From the NCBI GenBank assembly GCA_030141605.1, contig JAQGDQ010000028.1, forward strand, positions 620,001 through 684,000: a DNA stretch of 64,000 nucleotides, given 5' to 3'. The DNA is from Tubiluchus corallicola. Its lineage: Eukaryota > Animalia > Priapulida. The notes under the pieces are model-generated. The model was given only the letters and a program-made list of their open reading frames with translations. It made no database searches and was not told where the DNA came from. The position numbers and the translations under genes are program-made. This document shows, piece after piece, positions 14,510-34,290 of the stretch; the stretch's first letter is position 1; each line of letters begins with the position of its first letter.

Positions 14510-15261
14510 TGATTTTAATTTTGTTTTAAATGCTGGTAGGGACTTGATTTGTTTAACCTGTAATTGTAGAGAATTCCAAAGTAGAATTGCTTGTTTGATT
14601 ACAGAGTTCGTTGCATAGTGGGTATTTGTCCCAATTTGTTTTAGATTGCTTGTTCTGGAATTAACAATAGGATTTGAAAGAAAGGTAAATCTGTTATTTT
14701 GGAATGGTTTGCTGATGTTGTTAATGTATTTAAATATAAAAAGCAGAGTAAAATATTCTTTGTGTGCTTCAATGATTGGGAATTTTAAAGTTTTTCTCAG
14801 GTTAGTTCTTGAAGCTTTGAATTTTTGTCTACCTGCCTTATGTTTGTATTAGTACCCAGCTATCAATCTCAACGCATAGTTTTGAAGGAGATTTAATTTT
14901 AAGTAATTTTCTCTTATGGTTTTTTTGAAGTAGCGTACATCCATAAAAGAAGTGTGGTAGAACTAAAGTTTTATATATTAGTGTTTGTTAGTTGCCCCTT
15001 AACTTGTCGGAGATATGATGTGCTAGATGCCATCTTTGAGTATATGTTATTAAAGTGTTCATCCCATGAAAGATTATTGTCTACCTGTATGCCCAGGAAT
15101 TTAACATTGTTAGTTTGTTTGATTACAGCATTATCTATTGTCAAAGTGGTTGATGATGCATCATTAGTATGTAATGAGGGTGACAGTATCATGAATTCTG
15201 TTTTGTCATTATTATTTGTGAGTGTTGTAATACACTGGATATGTTGTTTATATATAGGCAA
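14510..15261 (-). mobile_element. CR1/L2-like LINE 3' fragment (RT C-terminal region), frameshifted
   Basis: KTEFMIL..IKQTNNVKFLGIQVDNNLSWDEHFNNI.., shifted frame YKTLVLPHFFYGC, ..LLQNYALRLI.., ILLWNSLQ..AFKTKLK. Confidence 0.85.
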
Positions 15262-16505
15262 AATAATAATGGACCTAGTAGTGTTCCTTGCAGTATACCT
15301 CTGTTTAACGTGGCCCGCCAGTACCTTTCATTTGATACGTTACAAGCCACTAAACTTCCACAATAAGAGCATTTTGTCCCTTAGAGCCACTCAGTTTTGG
15401 TTTTCGATAAAACCCCTAAGGGCACATTAATTACTATCAAAGGGTATAAAAGTAAATTACACTTTAAACATTTATAGATGTAGAAGATTCAAAAAGAAGG
15501 TAAAAAGATATCTGCATATGAGATCTTTTAACAATCAACTAGAGAAAAAAGAATGAGTAAAACCGTTTAATATTTGGATGAGCCCTATATAGGGGGGAGG
15601 GTCACTGGTCAATCTGGGTGCCACTCATACCATCCAATTCACTTCATCGCAGCCTTTCACTTGACATACTACTATTACTAGGTGCTAGAAGCTCTGGTGC
15701 CCCTGATCTCCCAATTTCAGTCTTTGACCTTACCGCATACCTATTTGTTAGACCTCGTCCTTACCCAGCAATAAAAAAAGTAATGGTCATACCTCAAAAA
15801 CTATAGGAGACGTTCCAGCCAAACGAAAAATAAGAAGCTTTTGACTAGGCCTTGTATAAGCATAAATCCCCCTATGTGGGAATGTCTCTTGTGAGTTTCC
15901 TGGACTTAGTCCTATGCATTTACGGGTTATTAAAGAAACAAAAAGGTCAATATATAAATAAATGTGTAAATAAAAAATAATAAAAACCTGGAGCAAATCA
16001 AGAAGATTCTGCTGTAAAGAAAGTCTCAGAAATATATAGCAAACATAACGTATTATAGAATCTGAATCTCACTAACTAAAAGAGAAAATGTTGAATATTG
16101 AAATAAAATAATTGTAACATAAAAAAAATTTATTATATAATTTTTTCAAAAAATATACATAGTAAAAAAATAACATTTGTGCAAAATAACAATGTGTTAA
16201 AAGAAAATAAAAATTGGAAATGGTGAAGAATATAAATTAATGTATAAATAACATGTAATACTATATAAATAACATGTAATACAAAAAATATATAAAAGTT
16301 TTCAAAATGTCGAATGTAGTAATGCTCAAAGACAAAAAAACTGTCAAAAATACTGATACTAGCATCGCCACCTAAATCATAGCTATACTAAATATACCAT
16401 ACACTACTATTTAAGTGTATTATATTTAACTACTATTTAACTTTGACTTGGACAGATGATAAACTTGGATGGCATGGAATATTTATACAAAGTTGTAGTC
16501 AAACC

Positions 16506-16588
16506 TTAACCACCCAGCACTATGAGAAATGGAACTATGTAATAACCACCACCTAGCAATATGAGAAATGGAATTATGTACATAACCT
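16506..16588. repeat. ~39-bp tandem duplication downstream of LDH
   Basis: TAACCACC..AGCA.TATGAGAAATGGAA.TATGTA occurs twice. Confidence 0.8.
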
Positions 16589-17082
16589 TTTGCTGGCTGT
16601 GTACAAACACAAAAAGTAGAGCAATTTATTACAGTTTTGCTGAAACAGTAAAGAATCTCAACATTTCGATGCAAAGTCCCGCGCATCTCACAGAATCTAC
16701 AAAGTTAAGAATATGAGTAAAGCAGCAATTCATAAACTTTAACTTTGCGATTGTTTTTAACGGCTGAACATTGCAAGAAGTGTTGAAGGATTTTGTTTTT
16801 GAGAGTGATCTCTTTGATCATATACCTCTCAAGATTGTAGTATGCATGAGACATACGAGACTTACCCATTAGATATCGAAGTCATAATAGACTCTCTACT
16901 GCTACACCAATATTCCAATGTAACAAAATGTTCTGTACTATCACTCAATGTTTTTGCACAACCCTGGCAAAAGGTTGTGTACCTCCCTGCATTGCAATTA
17001 CAGGTCAAATAAGTGAGAGGCATGTGCAAAATAATATTTCTAGCTTTAATGAATTAATTTTATATGAGATATTAATAGTAAA

Positions 17083-23533
<6,451 letters not shown>

Positions 23534-23851
23534 GATTGAGGTTGAGAGTCAAGTGCTGTTCAAGATCACCTGCTATTAACTACAGCATTTTAAGCAATGT
23601 TTGTAGCTTGATTTGCTGGTGCTTTTGTTTTTTATTTATTGTTATTTCATTTACGTATTGCAAAAACATTACTAAACAAATAAAATAAAGCAAGAACGGC
23701 TACAGACAACAAAAAACAAAGCAAGATTGCAGACTCAAGGAATAAAGTATTTACAAAGTTTTACTAGTTACATAGCAATTGACCTCTTTTGCCCTAAAAA
23801 GATTATAATGATAAGGAAACACTGTAACACAGATCTGCATGAGATACATTG

Positions 23852-24260
23852 CAGGGCTTGTACTCTACTTTCAAAAATATACGACATTATTCTAAAAAAA
23901 CATAGGACATTTTTGAAAAAATATAGGAATTATAGGACATTTTTCCTTAAAAACAGCGATTTTCACAATTTCTTTGCAAAAGTAAATGATATTTGAGAAT
24001 ACAAACTCTGTAAAAACATACATACTTCACAACAGACAACCGTTATTAACATTCACTAAAATGCCCAAATCATGAAGATATGCACTTATAATATCTAATT
24101 GTGGTTATGCGCGCCGAAGGCGTGTGAAAAATACCAATAATATTCTCATTTCATTGAGAATTCATGGTTTTATAGGAATTATTGGACATAACCCCAAAAT
24201 GTAGGAATTATAGGACGTTTTCAAAAAAATATAGGAATTATAGGATGAGTACGAGCCCTG
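23852..24260. mobile_element. MITE with CAGGGC termini (hAT-like)
   Basis: TIR CAGGGCTTGTACTC / GAGTACGAGCCCTG; many internal ATAGGAATTATAGGAC repeats; no clean TSD. Confidence 0.7.
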
Positions 24261-26242
24261 CAAATTGTGACCCACATATCTGTTGCCAGAATCCTTGGAT
24301 ACCAACATCACTTCAGGCTATATTTGACTCACAATGTTGTTACTGTTGTTTGTCTACAGCCATCTCATGTCAGCAACCTCACTGTTTAGAACTACCTTAT
24401 TTCAGCATTTATAAATAATATTTATATTATTTATAACACCAAGCAGTTAACTTGTTCTGACTTAATCCCTTGCATTGGTAATTATTAAGTCTATGAATCA
24501 CCTGCTTATAACACTGACCTATTTTCGGGACTCCTTCACTTGTGTCAAAATAGATAGCATACGTCACTTGTTGCTGAGATGTTCGTACATTTTATGGAGC
24601 CCAGATAAACGTAGATAAATGATAAACTTTCAACAGTCTGAGTCCTCAATTATTATTACATAATTCATTACATAGTTCATTATAATGGTATGACCATTGA
24701 GGAGGTAGCTTTCGAACTATAAGAGTCACTGCTCGATAGGATTTCCATACAACTGAGTCAACCACATGGGAAGCTTAGAGTTTCTGGATTATTGGTGAGA
24801 GAACAATGGTGGTGAGGGACAGATATTGCTTGTCAGGAGTACTTTTTTGGTGGCATGGGACTAGGTGAGAACTTGCTGATCGACTAGACATCCGCATTTT
24901 ATTCCTCTCATTACATGGCGCCACAATGCAGGTATTTAGCTACTAATCTTGATGAGGCAGCAATATAAAGTATATAAATGATCTGTTTGCTTTGTAATAT
25001 GCTCTAATATATGTTAAAATTGTCACGCTAAAATATAATGTTAGACCCGAACTTAACATTTTCGCCATTTATGTACGTAAACGTGGTTAGCGACTCAGTG
25101 CCTGATTACTAAAAGAACAACATTGTGACAACCTCCTGTACCTGCAAGTCCTTACCACACTTGGTAGTAAACTGATTCCTGATACTAAGATCAGGTTTCG
25201 GGTATACAGAAAAATACACATGTACAGAAAATATATTTAACATAAGCTATTAAAAAATCTACTAGTCCTAGTCCAAACCTGTTAGTTAGCACAAAACACC
25301 TCTACTTTAGGATAAACTCAACTAGGACAACTATTATTTGAATGTAAATTATGTATTTTTAAGACATTATATTTGTCTCATACTCCCAGTATACATCCAA
25401 CATACATTATAATTCCATGACATTTCCACTAACAAACTCATTTCTAGGTTAGGCTCTAAAGCTGTAATCTGTGTTAATTCCTTAATTCGTTTTTAAATTA
25501 TTGTGTACTGAACCTGATCTAGAAGTAGAACTACTGTTGTAGAAGTAGAACTAGAATATTGATAATTGACCATGGATGTAAACTTTTAAAAGTCAGTAAA
25601 AGATATGGTAGTTTTGATAGATAAGAACTCATTTTTCTGATTTTTTTGTTAATAATGCATGTTTTGCATACTTCACTTAGTGTCTTTTGTTCATAATTAG
25701 CATAGCCTACCATCATCATCATAGTCATACGGTATGCCCAAGCATTACATTTATTGTAGACATATATATTGGTTAGGCAGATCTCTAAAATAAAACAAAT
25801 CTGCCCTCAAGACAAACACAGCCAGTAATCCAGCAAAAAACTTGACACCGCTATAATCAGTGCTATGCCAGTGGCTTGTCAGCACCATTTCCGAGCTGAT
25901 GCAAGGCAACTTCAGATAAGTCATATCAGCCAAGCAATAGACCAGACTCACTATTAAGTAACCTCACTGTATTAATTACTTCCTATTTAAAGCCTAGCTA
26001 CAAAGAGTTAAAATATATTAGATAATCACTTTAAACTACTGGTTAAATTAAAATTTGGTGAAACTCTAATCTTGGCGTCTGCTTAGCAATCAAGAATTCA
26101 GTTCTCAGTAGTCCACACAAGAAGCTCAAACTTGCTCAGTATAGCACGGGGGTATCACATCTTGACGTCTTCTTTTTTAAATGTTCTTTTTCTTGTAAAC
26201 AATGGATCATTCAAGAGGGCCATACTTAGTCCTATCCATAGA

Positions 26243-27064
26243 TAGAGTCCCGTAGGAATTTCAGAGCTGACGGACCAAACCATTTGAACACTTTAGTTTA
26301 GTATAGTCGCATAAGGAAAAAAAACATGGGCGGATTTTCCATAAACGTGACTGCTGGCCAGTGTTTACAAAAATTAATAATAGTTCAGCAGATTGGTGAA
26401 AAATTGCACTCTTTGGTTTAAATGCACGGAGCTTTTTTCTAGATTGTTAGAACTCATTAAGATGATTAATTTTGTTTATGGATCATTTTTAAGATTGCTG
26501 CTCCATAGCTTAATTATATAAATAATGAAGGCCATGTCTTAAATAAGTATTAGAGCAGAAGGATGGTGATTTCGGTATCTAAACAAAGGTTTTCAAAATC
26601 AAGGAATCCTTGTCTGATGCCTAAAATTAAAGCTTTTACAATGTCACCTCATTTAGAGTCCAAGATGGTTGCAATAATATTATAATGGGAGCGGTCATTT
26701 GGGTACTGAAAAATTTTGTCATGGCAGTTTTTAATTAAGCACCATAATAATACATGTAATAGTCAGCAAATAGCAATAAAACAATTAAACCTTACAATTG
26801 GCTAATTAGTTCTAAATTTCAATAGAATATGGATCTAGTAAAAAACTATTTTTTTAAATTCAAATTGGCATTTTCAAAAATGTCTACAAAATTCTGGAAA
26901 GTCTACTCAAGTTTTTTATGGTGTATAAGAATGCCTCCTCTAATATGGCTTGGTTTTATTAGTGAGCTAAAGAATTCCTATGGCAGTCTATTCAGGAAAA
27001 GGTGTGCTAAGGAATATTTGCCATGCTCATCGTATGTTCATATTAAGTTCCACTGGGGACTCAA
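26243..27064. mobile_element. Non-autonomous TIR element (TAGAGTCCC...GGGACTC), possibly Academ-related
   Basis: Imperfect terminal inverted repeat; internal CAAGATGGTTGC and TTTTCAAAAATG motifs like those in 55312-58003. Confidence 0.45.
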
Positions 27065-27184
27065 ACCTTTTTGTATCAGGTGACTGAAAAATATTATAAC
27101 TCATTTATTAATTATTTCCTTAAAATGCTGTGCTGCACAACTGTGTGGAGCTGACAAGGCTCTTCATAAAACGGTTATGCCAAT

Positions 27185-27790
27185 CATAATAAATCAAAAT
27201 CTCAACTGGCATGATCACTGCAGTAGGATATGATGTAAAGTACTATAACATCTTAATTATCATGTATACTATGTACAATGGCTTTCTGACTGTTCTGGAG
27301 AAGTAAGGCAAAATGGTTATTATGCATCTTAGAGAGCTTTAAACCGGGCCAGAATATACTTGTAGTGTGTGATGTGTGAATTCCTTGACTGTATCCAAGA
27401 TAACAATACCAACTTACCAACTTGGAGAATATTCAACTCCAAGTAGTTAGTTTTGTTAAAAGTGAATATTGCCCAGAAGACAGCATCATTGCAACACTGC
27501 TTTAGAAACTACAATGTGGCACTTGGAGAAAAGACAGTTGACCCATCAAGCCACAATGTTTTACAAAATTCAGCATATGTACCCGGTGATTGTACCCTTG
27601 TCTGCGTGCAATAAGCCATCTGCCTTACCCACCCACTCAAGTCCTTGGTTAGTACAAATATATCCAAATCCATGCTGCGCCCTCAGCTACACTTACTGCT
27701 TTTACAGAACAATCGGAATTTGGAACAGATTTCCAGCCAAAGTAATAAACGCTAGTTCCCCTGCGATATTCTGGGTAGTAACATGTGTGC
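27185..27790 (+). mobile_element. Highly degenerate LINE 3' fragment
   Basis: Remnants NLNWHDHC, LENIQ, LEKRQL..TMFYKI, FYRTIGIWNRFPAKVINASS, interrupted by stops and frameshifts. Confidence 0.65.
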
Positions 27791-29221
27791 CATTAAAGTC
27801 ACGAAGCAACCTGCTCAATGCTCACATGGGAAGATTTTAAAATTTCCTCAAGATGTTGCTAGATGCATTCTAATAATCACATCCAGCACACTCAGCACCT
27901 TGTGCTTTGCGATATCAAGTGTACATTGTTCTTATGAACACGTAGGGCACGTTGACATCACACATCAATTCCTGTTCCACCAATACTTGCTCGCTTGACT
28001 AAACAACATTGTTAAGAGAGTTAGTAAGTGCTCTGCAAGTATGCATTGAGCTCCAATTTTTTTAATTATGAAAGAGAGCACTCGTCTTCACACTTGCCAT
28101 GTGAAGCTTTTTATTGTTTGTCCAGTTGTCCTGTCCTGTTCAGTCTGTCCCGTCCTGTCTTCTTTTTGGGGTTATTGTCTTGTCTTGTCTTATATTGTCT
28201 TTAGGTCAAGGATAGAGCTGTGGACAGGCTGAAGAAAAATGCTAAATAATAAGTTTTGATTTTGGTATTGAAGTTTTTATATAGTTCTTCTTTTCGCATG
28301 AGTTGGGAGAGCAGGCATTAGGCGAAAACAACACCTACCCACATAATAAGCTACTTTGCCTACAAAAAGTAATACTACAGTTGGCACTCTGTATCATTTG
28401 ATTGTGAAATTTCAAGCTTTTGTCCATGAAGTCTTGAAAGCATAAATAAATTAGTCAAACAAAAATACAACAATAAAAAAACTTGGTCATTAAACTTTAT
28501 AATAAAGTATAACATTCAAACATAACAATTGCCAATATAAACGTACAACACAACAATAACAATAAATAAAAATAATGTTGGCGTAAATTCATCTAGACTG
28601 GCATAATCACATTAGCCCTAAACAATATACTTAATTTTTATATCACAGATCAAAACAATTTCATACATACAGAAAAGCACATTTCAATAAATAATCAAAT
28701 CAATCCAACATTTCCAAGATTTCAAACAACAGCAATGAATTACTTTTACTCTGCAAAGAAAAAAACACTATTGTTACAGAAAGATTCATTATTAGCTACA
28801 AAGAAAAACAGTCTTAGTTCATACAACATTTACGGCAACAAAACGTTAAAATGGAATTAACGTGGACTCATCTTTATAGACTGTCAAAGAAAAAGCAAGA
28901 TTACCAGGCATTTGTACGAGAACATTGTAGAAAATGAATGAGTTAAGGTGGTTTAATCAGAAGAGACAAACCTAAATGATACTGTAGGGGTGTTCTTACT
29001 ACAGTATGAGACGAACGACGTGATACGAAATGGATGCAAAATGTATGGAAAGTTAACTGTTACAGGAGCAGAAGAGGAGTGGCAGCTGATTCTTAGCACA
29101 CCACAAGACTAAGATGACAAAATAATTATTAAATTAAAGCACTTAGAAAATCGGGAACATGATTGGCAACAAGGGCCGGGCGAGCATTTTCTACCAAAAA
29201 GCGAAATTGAATGGAATTTAT

Positions 29222-29562
29222 GACTCTCGAGCTAAATTTTGAGATTTCAAATCCAAATAGAATTCGAATACTGTTTTAAAAATTTTCGAATAAATATTCG
29301 AAACAATAATATAAAGCAATCTCACAACAAATATGATGCATATTCTGTAGTAAAAACATTAATGATTCGTTTAAAATTACGCACAGTCTGCTTAAACTGT
29401 GCTGACCGCATGATGTTTCGAACTTTCAAATATAAATAACATGTATAGTTGAAGTGTTTATTAAATCAATTTCAGGTTTGAACAAAATTTGAAATAAAAA
29501 CCTAGCTCGAATCGAAGTTGAGCATTCGAATTGGATTTCAAAACTCGAACTCGAACATTCGC
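29222..29562. repeat. TTCGAA-rich inverted-repeat (MITE-like) element
   Basis: Left TTTCAAATCCAA..AATTCGAAT mirrors right ATTCGAATTGGATTTCAAAACTCGAA; many TCGAA units in a CpG-poor background. Confidence 0.55.
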
Positions 29563-30289
29563 TGTTTCCCCAAATCATCGGCATGGACACATGCACAGGC
29601 TCATCAGTTCTATTCCTGTTCCTTGCCATTGATTGATACGCTCTGGCAGGGTCATGCTAATTGTTATCTTTTGTCAACCTGCCAAGCAGTGTGCATTGTC
29701 TTGGTCTTTCTTGTGACTGCTTTCCTCAATTTTGCTCTCTTAAACTGAATTAAGCCATAAGTACAGAAAAAGGCTCTCTTAAACTGAAACATATAGCACT
29801 GGTATAGACAGACAGAAAATGCTGGATCTGGATAGTTGTATGTAGCAGGATTGAAATTTAGATCAATAGTACTGATTCAATACCAACAGCAAACTTTCAA
29901 ATTGCAGTATGTGCAAATTGGTAGAAGAAAGCAGTATTTGCTGCTTACTCACCATAGTTTGCATTAACTAGGAATAATGTCGGTTTACTGCTTTTAGATT
30001 ATCTTTCAGTTTACTGACTGGCCTGACACAAATGTACACTTGAAAGATGTCTTTGTACAAAATTGCTGTAATTCAGTCTGAAACTCTAGTTTTCGTGATG
30101 CTACATTTTTGAAAAGACTATGCAATTATAAATTATAAAAAAAAAATTCGTTTTATCAATTTCATTTCAATGTCTATTTGTCTCTCTCTATTTCAAAATA
30201 GCTACTTAATTATAATAAATATAATTAACTTTTTAAAAACCACACACAGTTTTTTATATAATATCTGTCTATCTATGTATCTGAAGTAA

Positions 30290-30898
30290 CTGAGGAGGTG
30301 GATGTTGGATTGTTAGTAGACAGCAAACTTTATTTTTGCAGTCATGTCTCTAAGAAAATTATTAAAAGTAACAGAATCCTTGGATTAATTAGCAGAACCA
30401 TAACTTCCAGAAAAGCTGAGATAATTCTCCCACCATACAAATTTCTTCGTCCTCATCTCAAATATGTCAGTCAGGTGTGGGACTCTACTACTACTATCTC
30501 AAGGCATCCGTGCTCTCGAGCAGATACAAGCACGAGCTGTGGACAAGATCTTAGGTCTTGAAGGACTCTCATACTCGCAAAAACTGCAAAAATTTGACCT
30601 GTATCAACTTTCTGCAAGAAGGAGTAGGGGGAAACTTATTGAAAAGTTCAAGATTCTTAAGGGATTTATTGACATCAATGCAAACCAGTTTTTTACACTC
30701 AGTAGAAGCATTACACGTAGGCATAGTGTTAAATTGTTCAAGCATAGGGCTAATACTGAAAAGTACTGGCGTAGTTTTTCACAAGCTGAAGCGATACTGT
30801 GGAACTCGTTACCGGAATCATTAGTGAGCCCAAATGATGTAAATAGTTTCAAACATGAACTAGATTCAGAACTCCGTGCGAGAAACCTCCTATTTTAG
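30290..30898 (+). mobile_element. CR1-like LINE 3' fragment, frameshifted
   Basis: DVGLLVDSKLYFCSHV..SNRILGLISRTI..RPHLKY..QVW / LEQIQARA..GLSYSQKL..RRSRGKLIEKFKILKG..TRRHSVKLFK..WNSLPESLV..NSFKHELD. Confidence 0.9.
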
Positions 30899-32550
30899 TA
30901 CCAGTTTGCTACATTAGGAGAAGAGTAAACCAACAACAAATAACTGGACAAGGGTGTTTTTTGGCTAGCTACTCAGTAGATGAGAAATTGGTGCAAGAGA
31001 CGGAAATCAAGGTTTACTCACCATGAAGGTGAGTTATAACAATTATATTATGTAGCCTATACCTATTGGTTGTTGTCTTATGGATTTTGTAGTACCTTAG
31101 CCCTTAGGATCTGATTATTGATTTGACACAATAATATAGATTGAAGTATAATATGTATGACAAATGAGGCACTGGATGCTAAATAAAATTAAGTGTAACT
31201 GGGAGGGGACATGCTAAAGCAATTTAAAGATTTCCTGCATGGTTTCTTTCAGTCTGAGCGCCGACTCCGCGAGAAAACGATGAACGTGAAAAAGATTATC
31301 TTTCCCTTGTAAACGGAGTAGATGGTAGATTCATTCAACGTAATCTTAGTTCATATTATTATTTCTTTTCGCAGTTTTATCCACATTACTATTTCATTGA
31401 AAAATGTCTGTCTCTATTGAGTAAGCTTGGGAAAAAATTAAAAATCAATGTGAAGTCATTTTCAACTCTATTATTATATATATTGTATTAATAATAATAT
31501 ATTATCATTTTGGATTAATGCCGTGTTATTCTAGCTATTCTAGGATTAATGCTGCTCGTCGTTGATTTTTGTAAATTGCATTATGCGTACGTCCATCGTC
31601 GTCATGGTATTTTCAGTGCAGTTCAATTTCAGTTTATTGCTCAAATATGTAATTTACATTACATAAGATTTGCCAAGTAAAAACATTGTACTACGTAAGT
31701 GTTAAACACTTTGTTGGATTTACATGCTTCCCTGATTAGATATTCTTGTTCGACATACTGGTAGGTTAGCCTTGTTGTGCCGGCTTGTCGTGCATTGCAT
31801 CCTGACACACAGCCCTGCCCTGCGGTACATGGTCACAATGGTGTCGGGCAAGGGCGAACATCCCATGTTGTGCTTTGCTTAATGTTTCCTCATGTAAAAA
31901 CAAATTTTGATAACTATTTGCAGAATTGAAGTATTAGTGCTGCCAGTCACGACCCAGATCTGTTTAACAACATCTACTATACAGTTTGGTAGCTTGCTTA
32001 CCTGTTTGGCATTAAATTGCTATCTTTGTGCAAGTGTTACCAAATTTTGTATTAAGTCATAAGTTACTGATTTCCCAAATTTAATTATAGTACGAATGCA
32101 AAAATTTCTAGAGCCTATTACTGAGTAGCTCCGTGCTTTGTAACATATAAAGTCGAATTTTAATGTCAACAAAACTATGTAACAGAATACAATGAAAGTC
32201 GTAATTGCTTCATTATTCATGGCCCCATCTATGTGCAGTTTTTGTATCATTTTTTGACTAATAGATAGCAGCAACTGTGCACAACTTTTTCCCTTGTGGC
32301 AGCACTTTACAAACGCCACTTCTGACGTGGAGATTTTCAATTTCTTCCAGTATACTCATTTGTTAATTTTACTCAGTAGTTACTAATTTGTTAATTTGCT
32401 TAGTGAACCAGTTACAGCTTCGCCCACATACCATTAAACAGTGACAAGTAAATTGTGATTTTATTAAAACGTATTCTGTGCTGTACATATAAAAAAATTA
32501 ATAATCGTAGGCTAAGGACTTCCTTTGTTTTTCACAAACACACACACTAT

Positions 32551-32846
32551 GATAGTTTAGTTTTATTAAGTACTGACTATCAGTTTCTAAGTTTCTAAGC
32601 AATATTTGACTGAATAAAATGAAATGCACAGATGTACTAAAACTCGGAAAAAACTATTTTTGTAAATTGATTGGTTCTTTTCACTTTACCATCCGCTTTG
32701 CAAAAATAGTTTTTCTCTGAGCTATATTACATCTGTCCACTTAATTTTGTTCAGTCAAATATTGTTTAGAAACTTCAGCCAAATAATTACATAGGGTCAC
32801 ACGTCATTGTTTGATCAAGTCAGTACTTAACAAAACTAAACTGATC
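32551..32846. repeat. Long foldback inverted repeat
   Basis: Arms 32551-32663 and 32699-32846 are reverse complements, e.g. AGTTTAGTTTTATTAAGTACTGACT / AGTCAGTACTTAACAAAACTAAACT and TTTCTAAGCAATATTTGACTGAATAAAAT / ATTTTGTTCAGTCAAATATTGTTTAGAAA. Confidence 0.85.
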
Positions 32847-33808
32847 GAACACTTTGCTTGTATCATTGTCATTCAATGGGATCAGCCAAGTCTGTATATA
32901 CCCTCCAAAATTGACTAGATGGTAATAACTGATTAAATCACCAGTATATTACACCGTATGAACTGAAGCTTTTGGCTGTCACAACATCTAAGATTAAACT
33001 AAGGGCTCAATTGGTTGTTATCCCATAGTTATGAAAGGAAGAAAAAACACGATATTTCATACTACAGCTGTAGTTTATTTACAGGTGAAAAAAATCATAT
33101 TGATCTCTTAAAACTAATTTTGGGGAGTCTTTTTATAATGTTAAATCATGCTGATGTCACATTTAAAAAGGATATAATAGAAACAAGACACTTAAGCACG
33201 GTAAGTAAAAAAAGCACAAGGGAAAACCACAGTATAAAATCAAAGCCAAAGTCTGAGACTGTGATTGTCATTTTGTCTATTTAAGACAATCAATGTAATT
33301 GTGGGTTCGTTAACACAATATAATGTTCAACATTTAATTTTGAAAATTCCTTTCTCCAGCTTAAGCAAGCTTCCAAAGTTTGGTAGTTACGAAAGGCAAA
33401 ATAAACAATCTATAAAGAAATAAATGAGGAATCATATTATAGGATCCATAATGAAGAATCAGAAGCTTACGATTAACATAAGCAAATGTGGAGATAGGTC
33501 CTTGAGGACAATGTAGTTTTTCTTTGCAAATCTGATTTCTTTAGGATTTTCGTTGTGATTAACAATCGACCGAAAGTCTATAAGACTAACATTATTGACT
33601 GTAGAGATGGTAATGAAAATTTCACATTTCTCTTTAAACTGTCAGGTTCCATCTCCACTTTTTTGCATTTCTTACTTTCATTTCTTTTGCTTACTGTTGG
33701 TTTCAAAAATTTAATTTTGGGGGTTTCATTCTTTTGTCCCTGCATCAATATTTGTAGTTTCAAATTCATACTATTCAGCTTTAATTTTATTTCATTCCAG
33801 ACATAACT

Positions 33809-34182
33809 AATAAGCTTTTTCAGTGTTCCAGTGATTGATAATAATCATGAAAAGGTCAAAGGTTAAGTGTACCAGACAAAGCATTTGTGTACACTTGACA
33901 ACGCCTGGCAGCCCATGCTATTATTATAGTAATTAAAAAAAGCGACGAACACTAGCTATAGAACCTTATCTAGTTCATTTCTTCTTGCTCCCAAGCAAGA
34001 TCCCACACAAACTAATGCATAATTAAGTAAAGTCCACATAAAACAACTGACTTTACTCAACTGGGCTCTGCTTTACCCAGATGTAACGTGTCGGTTCCAG
34101 CTAAGATGCGATGCTCTGGTACACTTAGCCTTTGACATACAGCAACTGCTCGCGTGCACACAACGAAATTATGAAAAGGCTT
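33809..34182 (+). mobile_element. MITE family A, copy 3 (upstream of the CPSF2 ATG)
   Basis: AATAAGCTTTTT...ATGAAAAGGCTT termini; shares AAAGGTCAAAGGT.AAGTG.ACCAGAC and AGAACCTTA.CTAGTTCATTT blocks. Confidence 0.78.
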
Positions 34183-34197
34183 GTGGTCCCTATAAGT

Positions 34198-34290
34198 AGT
34201 TTCACACATCGACAAAATGCTTAATCGAAGTTTCGTACATCGACAAAATGTTTAACAAAAGTTTCTCACATCAACAAAATGCTTAATCAA
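34198..34290. repeat. 31-bp tandem repeat x3
   Basis: Unit AGTTTCACACATCGACAAAATGCTTAATCGA repeated three times with substitutions. Confidence 0.9.

Noticed and set aside
14954-15430. 158-aa hydrophobic plus-strand ORF
   Set aside because: It is largely antisense to the LINE RT fragment and has no recognisable domain.
29555-29620. Hammerhead ribozyme-like CTGATGAG...GAAAC on the minus strand
   Set aside because: Stem II closing pair and stem I complementarity are missing.
34198-34290. CRISPR-like repeat array
   Set aside because: These are contiguous tandem units without unique spacers, in a eukaryotic context with no cas genes.
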